Shown here one piece after another: positions 40,795-52,645 of a stretch of DNA of 64,000 bases. The position numbers and the translations under genes are program-made. Within the stretch, counting starts at the first letter, position 1. The number at the start of each line of letters is the position of its first letter. Origin of the DNA: Vicugna vicugna (taxonomy: Eukaryota); the NCBI GenBank assembly GCA_013265495.1, contig MU061579.1, positions 3,283,319 to 3,347,318 of the forward strand, in the 5' to 3' direction. A model generated the notes under the pieces. It searched no databases. It saw nothing but the letters and a program-made list of their open reading frames with translations, and had not been told where the DNA came from.

Positions 40795-41490
40795 AATTTA
40801 TCAAATGTCTAGAGGGCACTCACTACGTGGCAGATGCTACTTTACATCAGTGGACAAAACACTTGGCTTGGCAGAGCTTTTATTTTAATAGGGGAGACAA
40901 AATATAAGCGATAAATCTAAATAAGGAAATTATGCTTATGTTGAAAGATGATGAGTACAATGGGGAAAAGGAAACATTAGATCAGGGTGAGAAAAATCAA
41001 GATTATTGGGTAGGGATGGGGAGTTAAAATTTTAAGTAGGAAGCTCAGTGCAGTTATACTAAAAGTGACATTTGAGCAAAGAAATGAAAAGGTGAAACAG
41101 TTTGCCAAGAAGTGTCAGCAGTAAGGCCACTCCAGACAAAGGGACTGGCCATTGCAAAGGCCTTAAGGTTGGATCATGCCTGGCGTATCTGAGAAATTTC
41201 AAGGAGGCCACTGTGAGTGAGTGAGGAGTCGCGAGAACGAGGTCACAGAGGTTAAATGAGTGGCTAGCTCATGTAAAAGCTTAGATGTCATTGTAAAACT
41301 CTGGCTTTTATATTTGAAAACTTACTGTGTGATAGAATTTCCACTAATAACTGAGAGTTCAAATGTCCATAACTTCAAGGATACTTATTCTAGCAAGATA
41401 GAATAAGGAAAAGAGTTTGGGTTTCAATACAGTGTGACAAATCCTATGAGAGCCAAGTGTAGGATGTATCGAGACACAGAAGAAGGCCAC
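40795..41490 (-). mobile_element. L2 fragments
   Basis: gtgacatttgagcaaaga...tgcaaaggccttaagg...tgcctggcgt...caaggaggcca...gaggtcacagagg. Confidence 0.75.
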
Positions 41491-41504
41491 TACAATCAGG
41501 CTGA

Positions 41505-44500
41505 TCTATTTGGTGACTTTATGTGACTATACATTAGTTTATATTGTCTAGATTTTTACAGTAATGGAATCACACAGTATCTCCTTTTTATTTTCTGGCT
41601 TCTTTTACTCAGCCTACTTATTTTGAGAATTGTCTAAATTGTGTATATCAATAGTTCAATTTATGCTGAGAAGTAATCTCATGTATAGTTATATCATAAT
41701 TCATTTATCATTGCTGTGTTAATGAATATTTGCATTGCTTCCATGTTTTTGTATGAACGTAGGGTATGTTTCTCTTGGGTAAGTGCCTAGGAGTAGAATG
41801 GCTAGTTCATGTAATTAGAACACATTCAACATTTCAAGAAATTTTCAAACTGTTTTTCCACAGTGTATTGTGTTAAGTGCCATCAGCAGTTTAGGAGAGT
41901 TCCTGTTGCTTCACAGCCTTGCCCAGACTAGGTATAATCAGACTTTATAGTTTTAGCTGTTCTAATAGATGTGTGGGTGCATCTCATTCGGATTTTAATT
42001 TGTATTTTTTTGATGTCTAAATGTTGAGCAGTTTTTCATGTGCTTATAAGCCATCCATTTATCCTTGGTGAAGTGTTTCTTCAAATAATTTCTCCATATA
42101 TACAATTGGGTACTCTGTTTTAATATTTGTAAGGTTTTTTATTTCTATTTTTCATAATCTGAGTAGATACCATTATTAGATATATGATTTGCGAAACCCT
42201 TCTCTAATTTTATGGCTTCTTCGTTTTAAACAAAAATTAACAGTGTTTTCAAGAAGCAAAAATTCTTCATTCTGATTACACCAAATTAATGATTTTTGTG
42301 TGTGTGTGTGGATACTGTTTTTGGAATTCTGAGAAATCTTTGCTAAACTGAGATGAAAAATACTTTTATCATATATTTTCTCCTAGAGACTTCATACTTT
42401 TAGCTTTTGTATCTCAGTCTATGATGCATTTTGAGCTAATTTTTGTATCTGATATGAGCTTTGGATCATTTTTTTTTTAAATATGGATGTCTAGTTGTTC
42501 CAGCACCATGTTTAGAAAAGACAGTCTTTTCTCCACTTGTTAGGCAGTTAGCTAGAAATGAGCACTGGGCAGGGGGAGAAAGGGGGACAGGAGCAACCCA
42601 GAAAATAACAGTACACCTGCACTCAGGATGAGTGGCTCCAAAAACTTTCTCTCAATAAGGGACAGCAAAGAAGCCAGCTGGGACCCAACGCTGCAGCCGG
42701 GCAATAGAGAGAAGGACCCGGCTTAACCTGACCCAATGTCCACTGTAATGTAATTAACATTAAAGTTGGAGTCCCGTCCATGGGTTTCTCTGTGTGCTTC
42801 ATGGGTAAGAACCTGCCCAAAAGGGGATGGGCATCCCTGAGCACAAGGACCGTGAGCTGTCAGACAGCCTGAGAACTCAAAGAACCTGAGCCATGAGTCA
42901 ATCACCACAAAGGAACGCCCCTAAGCCAGGATATAAAAACAGGAAAAACAAAGGAGTGGTGCCATTTATTTTCCTCTCTTGGATTGGCCCGCTCCCAATT
43001 CTTGGGAGTGTACTGTATTTTACTACCTTTTTACTTTACTAATAAAATCTTGTTTATATCACACTGTCTGTCTCTTGTTAAAAATTCTTTTTTTTCAGGT
43101 GACTAAGAACTGAGGTGATTCTTATTTCCCTCCTAGTAACACACTGAGATGCCTATGCATATTTGTCAAAAATCAGTTGATCAAAGATGTGTGAATTTCT
43201 TTCTGGACTCTATTTTCTGTTGCATTGATTTATTTGTCTGTTATGACACCATTACCTCATTGTCTTGATTTCTGTAGTTTTGTAAAAACTCTTTAAGTTA
43301 GTATCCATATGTTCCTTGTTCTTTTAAAAATTATCCTTGTTGTTTTTTTTTTAAATTGGCTGTTCTTAGTTCTTTCATTTTTCATTTGGATTTTAGAATT
43401 AGCTTGTCAATTTCTCACAATAAAAATAAAAGCCTGCTAAAATGTTTAATCGAGACAGCATTGTATCTACTGGGAAAATTGACATCTGGTAATATTAAGT
43501 CTTCAGATCCATGAATACTATATAGCTTTCAATCTACTTTTCTTTTCCTTTTACCTCAATAATCTTTTTTGTCCTCAATGTAAAAGTCTTGCACATTTTT
43601 TTCAGATTTGTCCTTAAGTATTAGGTACTTTTGATGCTACTGTAAAAAATATTTTTAATTTGTTTGTAGCTAGAAAATAGAAATACACGATTATTTATGT
43701 GCTGTTGACTTTTTGCAACCTTGCCAATTCCCATCATAGACATAGACAATTATGCCATTTGTGAGTAAATTTTACTTCTCTTTTTCCAAATAAGACTATT
43801 ACATTCCTTTCTTCCCTTATTGCACTAGCTGAAATTTTAGTTCAATATTGTTTGAAATAATGAGAGGAGACATCCTTGCTATTCTGTATCTTAGGGAGTA
43901 AATATTCAAGGTTTCATCACTAAATATGATGTTAGATATTGGGGGGGAGTTGTTCTTTCATAAATGCCCTTTATCATAATGAGATGTTTTTTCCCTCCCT
44001 TTTTACAGTTTGATAAGTGTTTTATCCACAGTGGACATTGGCTTTTACCTAAAGATTTTTCTAAATCTATAAAAAGTACCATACAGAGGTCCTTTTGTAA
44101 GTTGTTATACTTTCAAATGTAGAATTAAACTAGCATTTCTGATATAAACACTGCTTAGTCAATGTGTGTTAACCTTTTTATGTATTTTGGATAAATTTTA
44201 GTATAACGTCTAAAAGGTGTTTGCATCTATGTTCATGAATGATATGGTGGTGTTTCCTCACAATTATTTTTCTGGTTTTAGTATCAGAGTAAGGCTGGTT
44301 TTGAAGACTTCGGTAAAAAGTATCCTTTTCTCCTCAATCTTCTGAAGAATTTGTATATAATCAGTACTGCTTCTTCCTGAAATATTTGGCAGGATTTCAC
44401 AGCGGAGTCTCTCAGCCTGGACTTTTATTTGTGGGCATAATTTTCTTGCAGGTCTATTCACATTTTCTGTTTCTTCTCAAGTGAACTTCAATAGCTTGTG

Positions 44501-45010
44501 TCTTTCAAGAAATATTCCACCTCTTTCATTTCTGATATTGGTAAGTATTAGTAACTAGAACATTATCAACTTTTGAACTTCTCAAAGAAAGTCATTGATT
44601 AACTATGTGTATTCTGCTGTTGTTGGAGAACTTTCTATAATATCAGTCATTTCCAAATAGTGGATAATTTTGTTCAAGTCTTCTGTATCTTCCAAATTTG
44701 GGGACTACTTGTATAAAATACTAAAAGAGAAGAAATTTTTTTAACACAATTGCCAATCTTTCTATTTCCCCCTTAACGCATAAGCTTTTGTTTCATATGC
44801 CCCAAAGGTCTTTTACTGGGTGTATAAAAATCAAGAATTGTTATACTCCTCAGATTAACTGACCCTTTTTCTCTTTTGTAATTTGAAATGAACTTCTTTA
44901 TGTCTAGTAATAGATTTTGCTCTAAAATCCATGTTGCATCTTGTTGATATAACCACAAAGCTTTTTTATTAGCATTAATGTAATGTATGTTTTTCTTTAC
45001 TTTTAAGACA
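41505..45010 (-). mobile_element. Old L1 (3' UTR to ORF2), split by an LTR insertion
   Basis: aatggaatcacacagtat...tttctcttgggtaagtgcctaggagtagaatggct...gttccagcaccat...tttctggactctatt...gagaggagacatccttg. Continuous across the LTR. Confidence 0.88.
42538..43141 (+). mobile_element. Intact solo LTR, ERV1-like, 604 bp
   Basis: TGTTA...TAACA inverted termini. 4-bp TSD cact at 42534-42537 and 43142-43145. TGAGTCA at 42894, TATAAAA at 42932, AATAAA at 43041. Confidence 0.93.
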
Positions 45011-45759
45011 CTTCAGTATTTATACCTTAATTAATAAATTAATAATTAGCTTAATTAAATTTTAACTTAATAAAAGAAGAAGGTTTTTTTTGGCTCTAGA
45101 CACATCTTCCTAGATTATCCTAAAATCATTAAATCATAAGCTGAAAACTCCTGGTCAAAGATATAATTTTTCAACCTTGTCTTTTATTTTTTTACTTTTC
45201 TTAACTCTCATTTTCAGTATGATCTATTTCACTTCCAAGTCTCTCCCTCTGTTTTCTATATGCCCTTTTTCATAGGAAATAATTATCCTGGCTATCAGAA
45301 AATTCTTTGTTGAAAATTTATTACATCTCTTTACCTTATTAAAAACTGGTTTTTATTGTAAACTGGCTATAACTCAATTAAAAAATAGATTTAAAAAGTT
45401 ATCAGGGAAAAAAAAACTGGTTCTTCTTTGACTCATTTGAGTTTTTTTCAAAGTGGGAAATAATCTTCCAAATGCTCTTGTCCTCAAGATCAAGAGTATG
45501 TCTCAGCCTCACCTTTACTCTTTCTGAAGGTCTCTTTTCAAATTCTTGCACCTCTTTTTGAAGCTTCTGCTTTTTTATGCTTCCTGTTTTTCCAATGATC
45601 TATCTTCATTGCATTTGGTTGCTTCAATAACAAGTCTGATTACACACTATCCTTGACAGAAAACTGTAAGATTGGAATTGTAGTAGTCTTCTTCACCCCA
45701 AATCCTACTAGAACCCCGAGTGGCTTCATTCATTCACTCACTCACATAACAGAAGATCC

Positions 45760-46750
45760 ATTTCAACGCTACCTTGATGACATCCATTACACACGTATTA
45801 TGATCTTTTACCTCCTAAACTTTGCACTTACTATTGATGTCCACTGAATGTCTAAGTACTAATAATCACTGTGTTTTTAATCAGAAAAGACATCTCCACC
45901 CAAGTTTTCTATATACCAGGAAATGAAGACTCCACTCTTCTGTTTGTGCAGATAAAATAAATGTTGACATATTCTGTCTTGCACATACCCCATCTCCTTC
46001 ATCAGCAAATTATATTCATTAACCACCAATATATACAGAACAAACCATGTCTCACCACTTCCATTACCACCAACTTAGTAAAAACACCATCATATGTTCC
46101 TGAATTATTGACCTGATTGGTTTCCCTTCTTCACTGCTTGGTCCACTCCTCCCCCTCCCCAATCTGTTTTTGGCACAGCAACTTACTTAAAAATAAAATC
46201 AAATGGTTTTATTCTGCTGCTAAAACTTCATCTGGTAGCTTCCCTTTCACATTAAATAAAAATGCAAAACATTTCTACATGCTAGAAGTTCACCCATCCC
46301 TCCTTTCTTCCTTTCTCCATCTCTCTGACCTCCTTACTTGTCTCCTTGCTGTTCCTCCAATGCAACAGACAAGCTGCTCACTCAAGGTCTGTGTACTTGT
46401 TACTTTCTCTGCATGGAACATGCTTTTTCTTTATATTTGCATGACAGTCCTTCACCTTGAATGTTTATTTTGCTCAAACAACGTCTTATAAGTGAGATAT
46501 AATCACCTTATATAAAATAAAATTAACCTCCACCCTGGGATTATCTAGTGACCTTTATTCTTGTTTTTCTTTGGAATACCTATTGCCATCAGCTACACTT
46601 TTATTATTCTACTATCTGTTTATTTTGCTGTTACACTTCATTAGAATGTAAGCTCTTTGCTATCAAGTATTTCGCATGTCTTGTTAATTTCTGCATTCCC
46701 AGAAAGACAGCTGGCAGATTGTAAGAGCTCAATAAATATTTGTTAAATGT
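45760..46750 (+). mobile_element. L2 3' region
   Basis: catcagcaaat...tctcaccacttccattaccacc...ctctgcatggaacatgcttt...tagaatgtaagctc...gctcaataaatatttgttaaatg. Confidence 0.8.
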
Positions 46751-47782
46751 GTTTTTGTTGTTGATGGGCTTCTTTGGTGGCTCTACTTCTTACTTTAAAA
46801 CTCTACCCTTCAGAAGCGATCAGTAGAAATAAAATTGTGCTCAAAGTTCAGATGAGTAAAAGCTTGTATTAAATGGCAAACTTTGAAAGCTAAGTGAATG
46901 GCCTAATATTAGTATATGGAGGAAAAGGAAACATCATTTCGACAGTTTTGTAGTGGAATTCTTTTATAGAATTTCTTTAGAAGCTACACTAACGTAGTCT
47001 AATGGGCACTTGTACATTACAATTATAAACACTTCGGGTAATTTATATCCTCTTTGTGATTCATGACTAGATCATTTAGGCGCGTTATAGTATTTCAAGT
47101 TTTCATGTTCAATAAACCTTTTGGGGTTGCAACCTTTCCTGTTCAAATGGAAAAACGGTCTAGTGTTTTCATCTAAAAGGTTTTTGTTTTTTGTTTCTTG
47201 TTTCTGTTTTACTGCAGGAATAAATTACATTATGTTAGTTGCAGAGTTTTGTTAAATTTCCAAATCTAATCACTGATAAAAGTCTTTCCATAGAGAAATA
47301 ATTTTACACAAAACACAAAAGTTATGAAACATTTAATTGTTATACTATCTGTGTTTCTATCTTACATACTGACAGCATACATCTTAACTCCACCTAAAGC
47401 AAATCATTGCCAGGTGACTTCTTAACATATGGTATAGAATCAAATCTAGTGTAACTAGGAGTTTTTGGTTTTAATTGGTATGTAAATCAGTTTAGAAAAA
47501 AAATATTTTGAATGAAATATAATTCTTTAAGATTTATTTGGCAATCATAAATTATTTGCATTTTTTATTATATTTTCTCAAATTTCATTGAGCCCTTCTA
47601 CAATAAGAAACAAGTTATAAAAAAATTGATTTCTTTTTCTACAAAATTATTATTATTATATATTAGTAAGGTAGTTATAGAGGTTGAAGTATTTAAAATA
47701 TTGAACCTAGAATGTTTGATTAGACATTCTGCTGAGCATTCATTGTTGAAGTGATGCTAATATTATCAATAGATTGATATAG

Positions 47783-48300
47783 TCAGGGAGGAGAAAATTT
47801 TCCCTTCTACCCCTTTTGAGTTCTTATGACTCAACAAATAATAAAATTGACACAAGACAGACTAACAGGAGAAGAAGAAACAAATTTTAACTAATGCATA
47901 TGGAGGGCTTATAGAAATGGGACCTAAGAATTGGCCAAAGCAGATTATCTTTTATCCTTTTTAGACAAATAAACAATAAATTTGTGAGGAATTGACAAGA
48001 CCAAAAAATTTAGGTTTTATGTGAAGAATCTAAAACAGAATTTGGGTTTAGGATAGTAAATAAAGAAGTAACACAGTCTGTGTATATAGGCTTTTCAGCC
48101 AGAATCTCCTGTCTTTGAGAATAAGAGTGTTCTCCTACCTCCAGGTGCAGGGACTGTTCCACAGGAGAGATTTATTTCCTGCTTTTAGGGAGACAGAAAG
48201 GAGGGTCAGTGTCCCTCTTGCATCAACCGTTTCTTAAGTAACTTTAATTCAAAATAATATGCCATTGTAGCATACTTGGGGTCCCCTGCCGTGAGCCTCA
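47783..48300 (-). mobile_element. Solo LTR, ERV1 class
   Basis: gggaggagaaaattttcccttctaccc...aaattgacacaagacagactaacaggagaa...tttatttcctgcttt...ctttaattcaaaataatatgcca...ttgggg. Confidence 0.75.
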
Positions 48301-48599
48301 AAGTACAAACCTAAAATTAAATACATTATGTGCATTTTTATGGTGAATGTCTACTTGATATATATAACAAGATTTTGGATGAGGAGGGCCTTCTAACCAT
48401 ATTTGATTTCTACAGCCCTTTAGGCTTAAAATTCTTCATTAAGAATCTACTACAGCTTCCTTGGCGACTTTGCCTCAGGATTAGGTTACAACCCTAATTA
48501 TTTTCAATTTCTGCAAAATTATTTTGAAATTTGCTATCTGTATTTGAATCTCGTGATAGGATGTTGTGGTCTTTATTTGGAGCCCAGAACATCCTTTAG

Positions 48600-49785
48600 C
48601 CTCCCCCATCCTCAATGTCCTCTTCCAGAGTGGAACATTTGTTACAATTGATGAACCTGCATTGACATGATATTATCACTAAAAGACCACAGTTTATGTT
48701 ACAGTTCACTCTTGGTGTTGTACATTCTATAGGTTTAGACAAAAGTACAATGACATTATCTACCATTAGTGTATCATGGAGAGTAGTTTCACTGCCATAA
48801 AAAAATCCTCTGTGCTCTGCTTGTCCATTTCATCTTCCCTCTAACCACTGATCATTTTTCACTCTCTCCATACTTTTGCCTTTGTCAGAAGTCTTATAGA
48901 TGGAATCATAGAATATGTATTTTCAGATTGGCTTCTTTCATTTAGTATATGTACTTAAAGTTGTTGTATATCTTTTCCTGGCTTGACAATTCATTTCATC
49001 TTAGCACTGGATAATATTCCAATGCCTGGATTTACCAGTTTATTTAACCATTTATCTATTGAAAGTCATCTTGGTTGCTTCCAAATTTTGGCAATTATGG
49101 ATAAAACTACTGTAACTAACTAAATGCAGGTTTTTGTGCAGATACAAGTTTTCAACTCATTTGGATAAATGCTGAGAAGAATGATTGCTGGATTATGTGG
49201 GTAAAGCTTGTTTTGTCAGAAACTGCCAAACTGTCTTTCAAAGTGGCTGTACCATTTTACATCCCCGCCAGAAATGTGTGACCATTTCTGTTGCTCCATA
49301 GCCCCAACAATATTTAGTGTTCTCTGTTGTTCTGGATTTTGGCCATTCTAATGGTGGTGTAAGGTATCTCATTTTAATTTGCATTTTCATGATGACTTAG
49401 GGTGTAAAGCATTTTTTCCTATGCTTATTTGTTATCTGAGCATTTTCTTTGGTGATGTGTCTGCCAGGGTCTTTGGCCTATATTTTAACTGGGATGTTTG
49501 TTTTCTTATCCTTGAGTGTTAAGGGTTCTTTGAATATTTTGGATAACAATCTTTTATCTAATGAGTGTTTAGAAAATATTTTCTCCCAATCTTGGTTTAT
49601 CTTTTCATTCTCTTGACAATATCTTTCACAGAGTAGACATTTTTATTTTCAATAAAATCCATCTTATCAATTCTTTCATTCACAGATAATGCCTTTGGTG
49701 CTGTATCTAAAAAGTTATTTCCAAACCCAATGTCATCTAGGTTTTCTCCAACATTATTTTCAGGTAGTTTTATATTAGAATTCCA
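48600..49785 (-). mobile_element. L1MC-like 3' UTR and ORF2 end
   Basis: catttgttacaattgatgaacctgcattgaca...ttcactcttggtgttgtacattctat...catcttggttgcttccaaattttggcaattatg...catctaggttttctcc. Confidence 0.9.
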
Positions 49786-49864
49786 ACTCTTTCCTCTCAT
49801 TCTTTGTGTTATTGTTGTCATCAATATATAGCAAATTAAATCAATCAACATGGTAAATATATAA

Positions 49865-50120
49865 CATATCTTGACCAAATGGATTACAACGTTGATTCAA
49901 CATTCAAAAATTACTCATTAATTCACCATGTCAACAGATTAAAGAAAAACATATCATTATTCCAATAATATGTAAAGGAGTTTAATAAAGTACCACATCC
50001 AATTAAAATAAAAACTCTCATAATCTAAGAGTGAGCATCAACCAAAGACCTACCACTAACATCCTACTTAGTGGTGAAATATTGAATTCTTTCTCTCTAA
50101 GATAGGGAAAAAACTGAAGA
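49865..50120 (+). mobile_element. L1 ORF2 (RT region) fragment
   Basis: ttgattcaacattcaaaaat...aattcaccatgtcaacagattaaag...cctaccactaacatcctacttagtggtgaaa. Confidence 0.7.
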
Positions 50121-50534
50121 AACCACTCTTCTTATCCCTCCTGTGCAACGCAGTTCTCCTGATTATGTCACAGTGTCTTCAACTACCCCTCTATGAACTT
50201 GGACTACATTGGATTCTCTTGTACTTTTGTTCTCTCCATCATGATTACATTCTAACAAAAATCATTTTATTCTTTATGCATAATTTTTCTTAGATTCCCA
50301 CTTTAATTTCCTTTTTGTAAACAAAATATACATTCTAACATAACAATGTGTCTGAAATATAAATTTAGCTTAAATTTCCATTCTATTATTTGATGCATGA
50401 TGTTTACAAGGAATTATTCCATTGCTGGAAACATGATCACACAGAATTGATTTTGAGGGAATACAGTCATCCTTTCAATTTCGACTTAGGTGTCAACTCC
50501 TCAAGGAAAACCTCTGTTTATCACTACTCGAGGT

Positions 50535-50760
50535 GTCTATCTTGGGGAGGGAAAAGCAAGTGGTTTAGTGGAAAGAACGTTTACTAGGAAAACAAAACTT
50601 GTGGAAGGGACAGAAGGAAGCAAGATTGGCCAGAGAGAAAAGCCAAGTTGCAGTGCTGCCTTGGTTCACTCCACAGGAGGCTTTGGAGATAAAATCGCCA
50701 ATTAAAGTTGGGTACATAGGTCCAAAATATCTGGGTGTTTATATATCCTATGTTATCCCA
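50535..50760 (-). mobile_element. ERVL LTR fragment (LTR33-like)
   Basis: gaaggaagcaagattggccagagagaaaagccaagttgcagtgc...ccacaggaggctttggag. Confidence 0.55.
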
Positions 50761-50761
50761 T

Positions 50762-51010
50762 TAATGTAACATTCTTGAAAATTAAAATAATTAGAGCAGA
50801 AAAATCAGTGATTGCCATGTGTTTTGAGTGGAAACAGAATAGGAGATCGACTACAAAGGCACAATAAATCTGTTTTTATGGTGGTGGAAATCTGTATCTT
50901 GATTGTGTGATAATTATAGGACTGTATGTGTTTTTCAAAGTTCATCAAATTACATGTTTAAGTAGAATTAATTTCATGATATTTAATTAATAAACATGAC
51001 AAAAAATAAA
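50762..51010 (+). mobile_element. Old L1 3' end
   Basis: aaatcagtgattgcca...gactacaaaggcac...ggtggaaatctgtatcttgattgtg...aataaa. Confidence 0.7.
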
Positions 51011-52128
51011 ATAGCAGAACTAAATTGTATTGACAAGATTAAAATTAATAAAGTTATGACACACCTAATAGAGATTAAAGAGGAAAGTTTATTTATATAC
51101 ATGACATTAGTAATAAATAGATATGAAATAGATCTTTAAGTGCAAAGTACACACATAAAAATTCTTTAAAATATGTTGTCAGAAGTACGTGTATATGTTT
51201 CTGTGTGTGTGTGTAACATCAGGAAAATATTGCAAACTATCAAAGATAGAGGCAGAAAACTAAAATATGAATAAACCAATAACAATGGGTATTATAAAAA
51301 ATGCCTACATTGTACATTAATCTAAAGTAAATGCCAAATCTTTTTACAAACTAAAGACTGATTTGTGATATGTAAAATCATAAAAGTATGTTAATCTCAC
51401 CTTGGAAAACAAAGGAGTGATTAAAAAAAGAAGAAAGCTTAAGACAAGGAGTCTACCAGTGAGGATTATTCAAGTAAAATCTATGATCTAAAATAGAAAG
51501 GAAAAGGAAAGAAAAAGTAATAATAATAACAACAAAAGACTGAGTAGAAAAAAAATCAAGTCATGTTTCTTGTAAAATCCTTACTCTGGTAGCTTCAATG
51601 TATAGCATCTATCCTTACAAGTTATACAGAGTTGAAGTGTATGCACTTTAGTAAACAGACTATATTTTAGCTCTTAAGTTCATTCTCCTGAGTTCCAGTC
51701 AATTTATGTCTGCAGAATGATTATGTTACTACTCTATCCCCGCATTACTTGCATACAAAAACTTATCTTATGAAAAGCAATGTATTAGGTGCGTGTGTGT
51801 GTCTATGAATCTGTGCGGCTTATCAAACCAATCTTCAAATTTGAATATATCACAGATTAGGGGGTTTTGTTTAATCCCCCTAATCTATTCAAAATTCCTA
51901 TCTATATGTGTCCATGTCCCTAGAAAATCACCATGATTAACATCAAAGATATTTTCCATGTCTACCTGAGAGTGTGTTGATTTTTCTTTTTGCATTTCAT
52001 ATATTACATGATTTTTAATGTTCCAAACATAAAACTGAAATTTAAAAACAAGATAGTACTGTACTTTTGTAATCAGGAAAGAAAATGGAGCACTCTGTCC
52101 CTCTTATTTTTAAGAGCAGTTCAGATGA

Positions 52129-52645
52129 TGTATTAGTTATTCATTACTATTTAACAAATTACTCCAAAATTTAGCATTTTAAAAATACTTACATTAACTA
52201 TCTCACAGAGTTCTTGTGGGTTAAGTGTGTTGGTGTGTCTAGCTCACAGTTCCTTATGAGATCACAATTAATATGTGGTCCACAGCAGCTGGCTTCTTAA
52301 GGCTTACTTGGTTCTAGAGCCTGCTTTCAAGGATGCTCACTCAAATGCCTGGGAAGTTAGTGTTGGTTGTTGGCAGGAAGCCAAGAGTTCCTCGCCATGT
52401 GACTTTTCCATAAGACTGTTGCGGTGTGCTTATGGAATGACATTTAGTTTCCTCCAGAGTTAGTGAACCAAGGGACAGCAAGGTGAAAATAATAATGTCT
52501 TTTACCAACTAGCCTTTGAAGTCATAGTCCATCATGTCAACAGGATCCTCTCTGATACAAAAGTGAAATGTATTCAGTTTGGGTGAGGGCTCAAACTGAT
52601 ATCAAGAAAAAGAAATCATTGAGGGCATTCAGATATTGGCTGCTT
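52129..52645 (-). mobile_element. MaLR solo LTR (MLT1F/H-like)
   Basis: tgtattagttat...aacaaattactccaaaatttag...tctcacag...ttcaaggatgctcactca...agttcctcgccatgtg...ttcctccagag. Confidence 0.8.
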
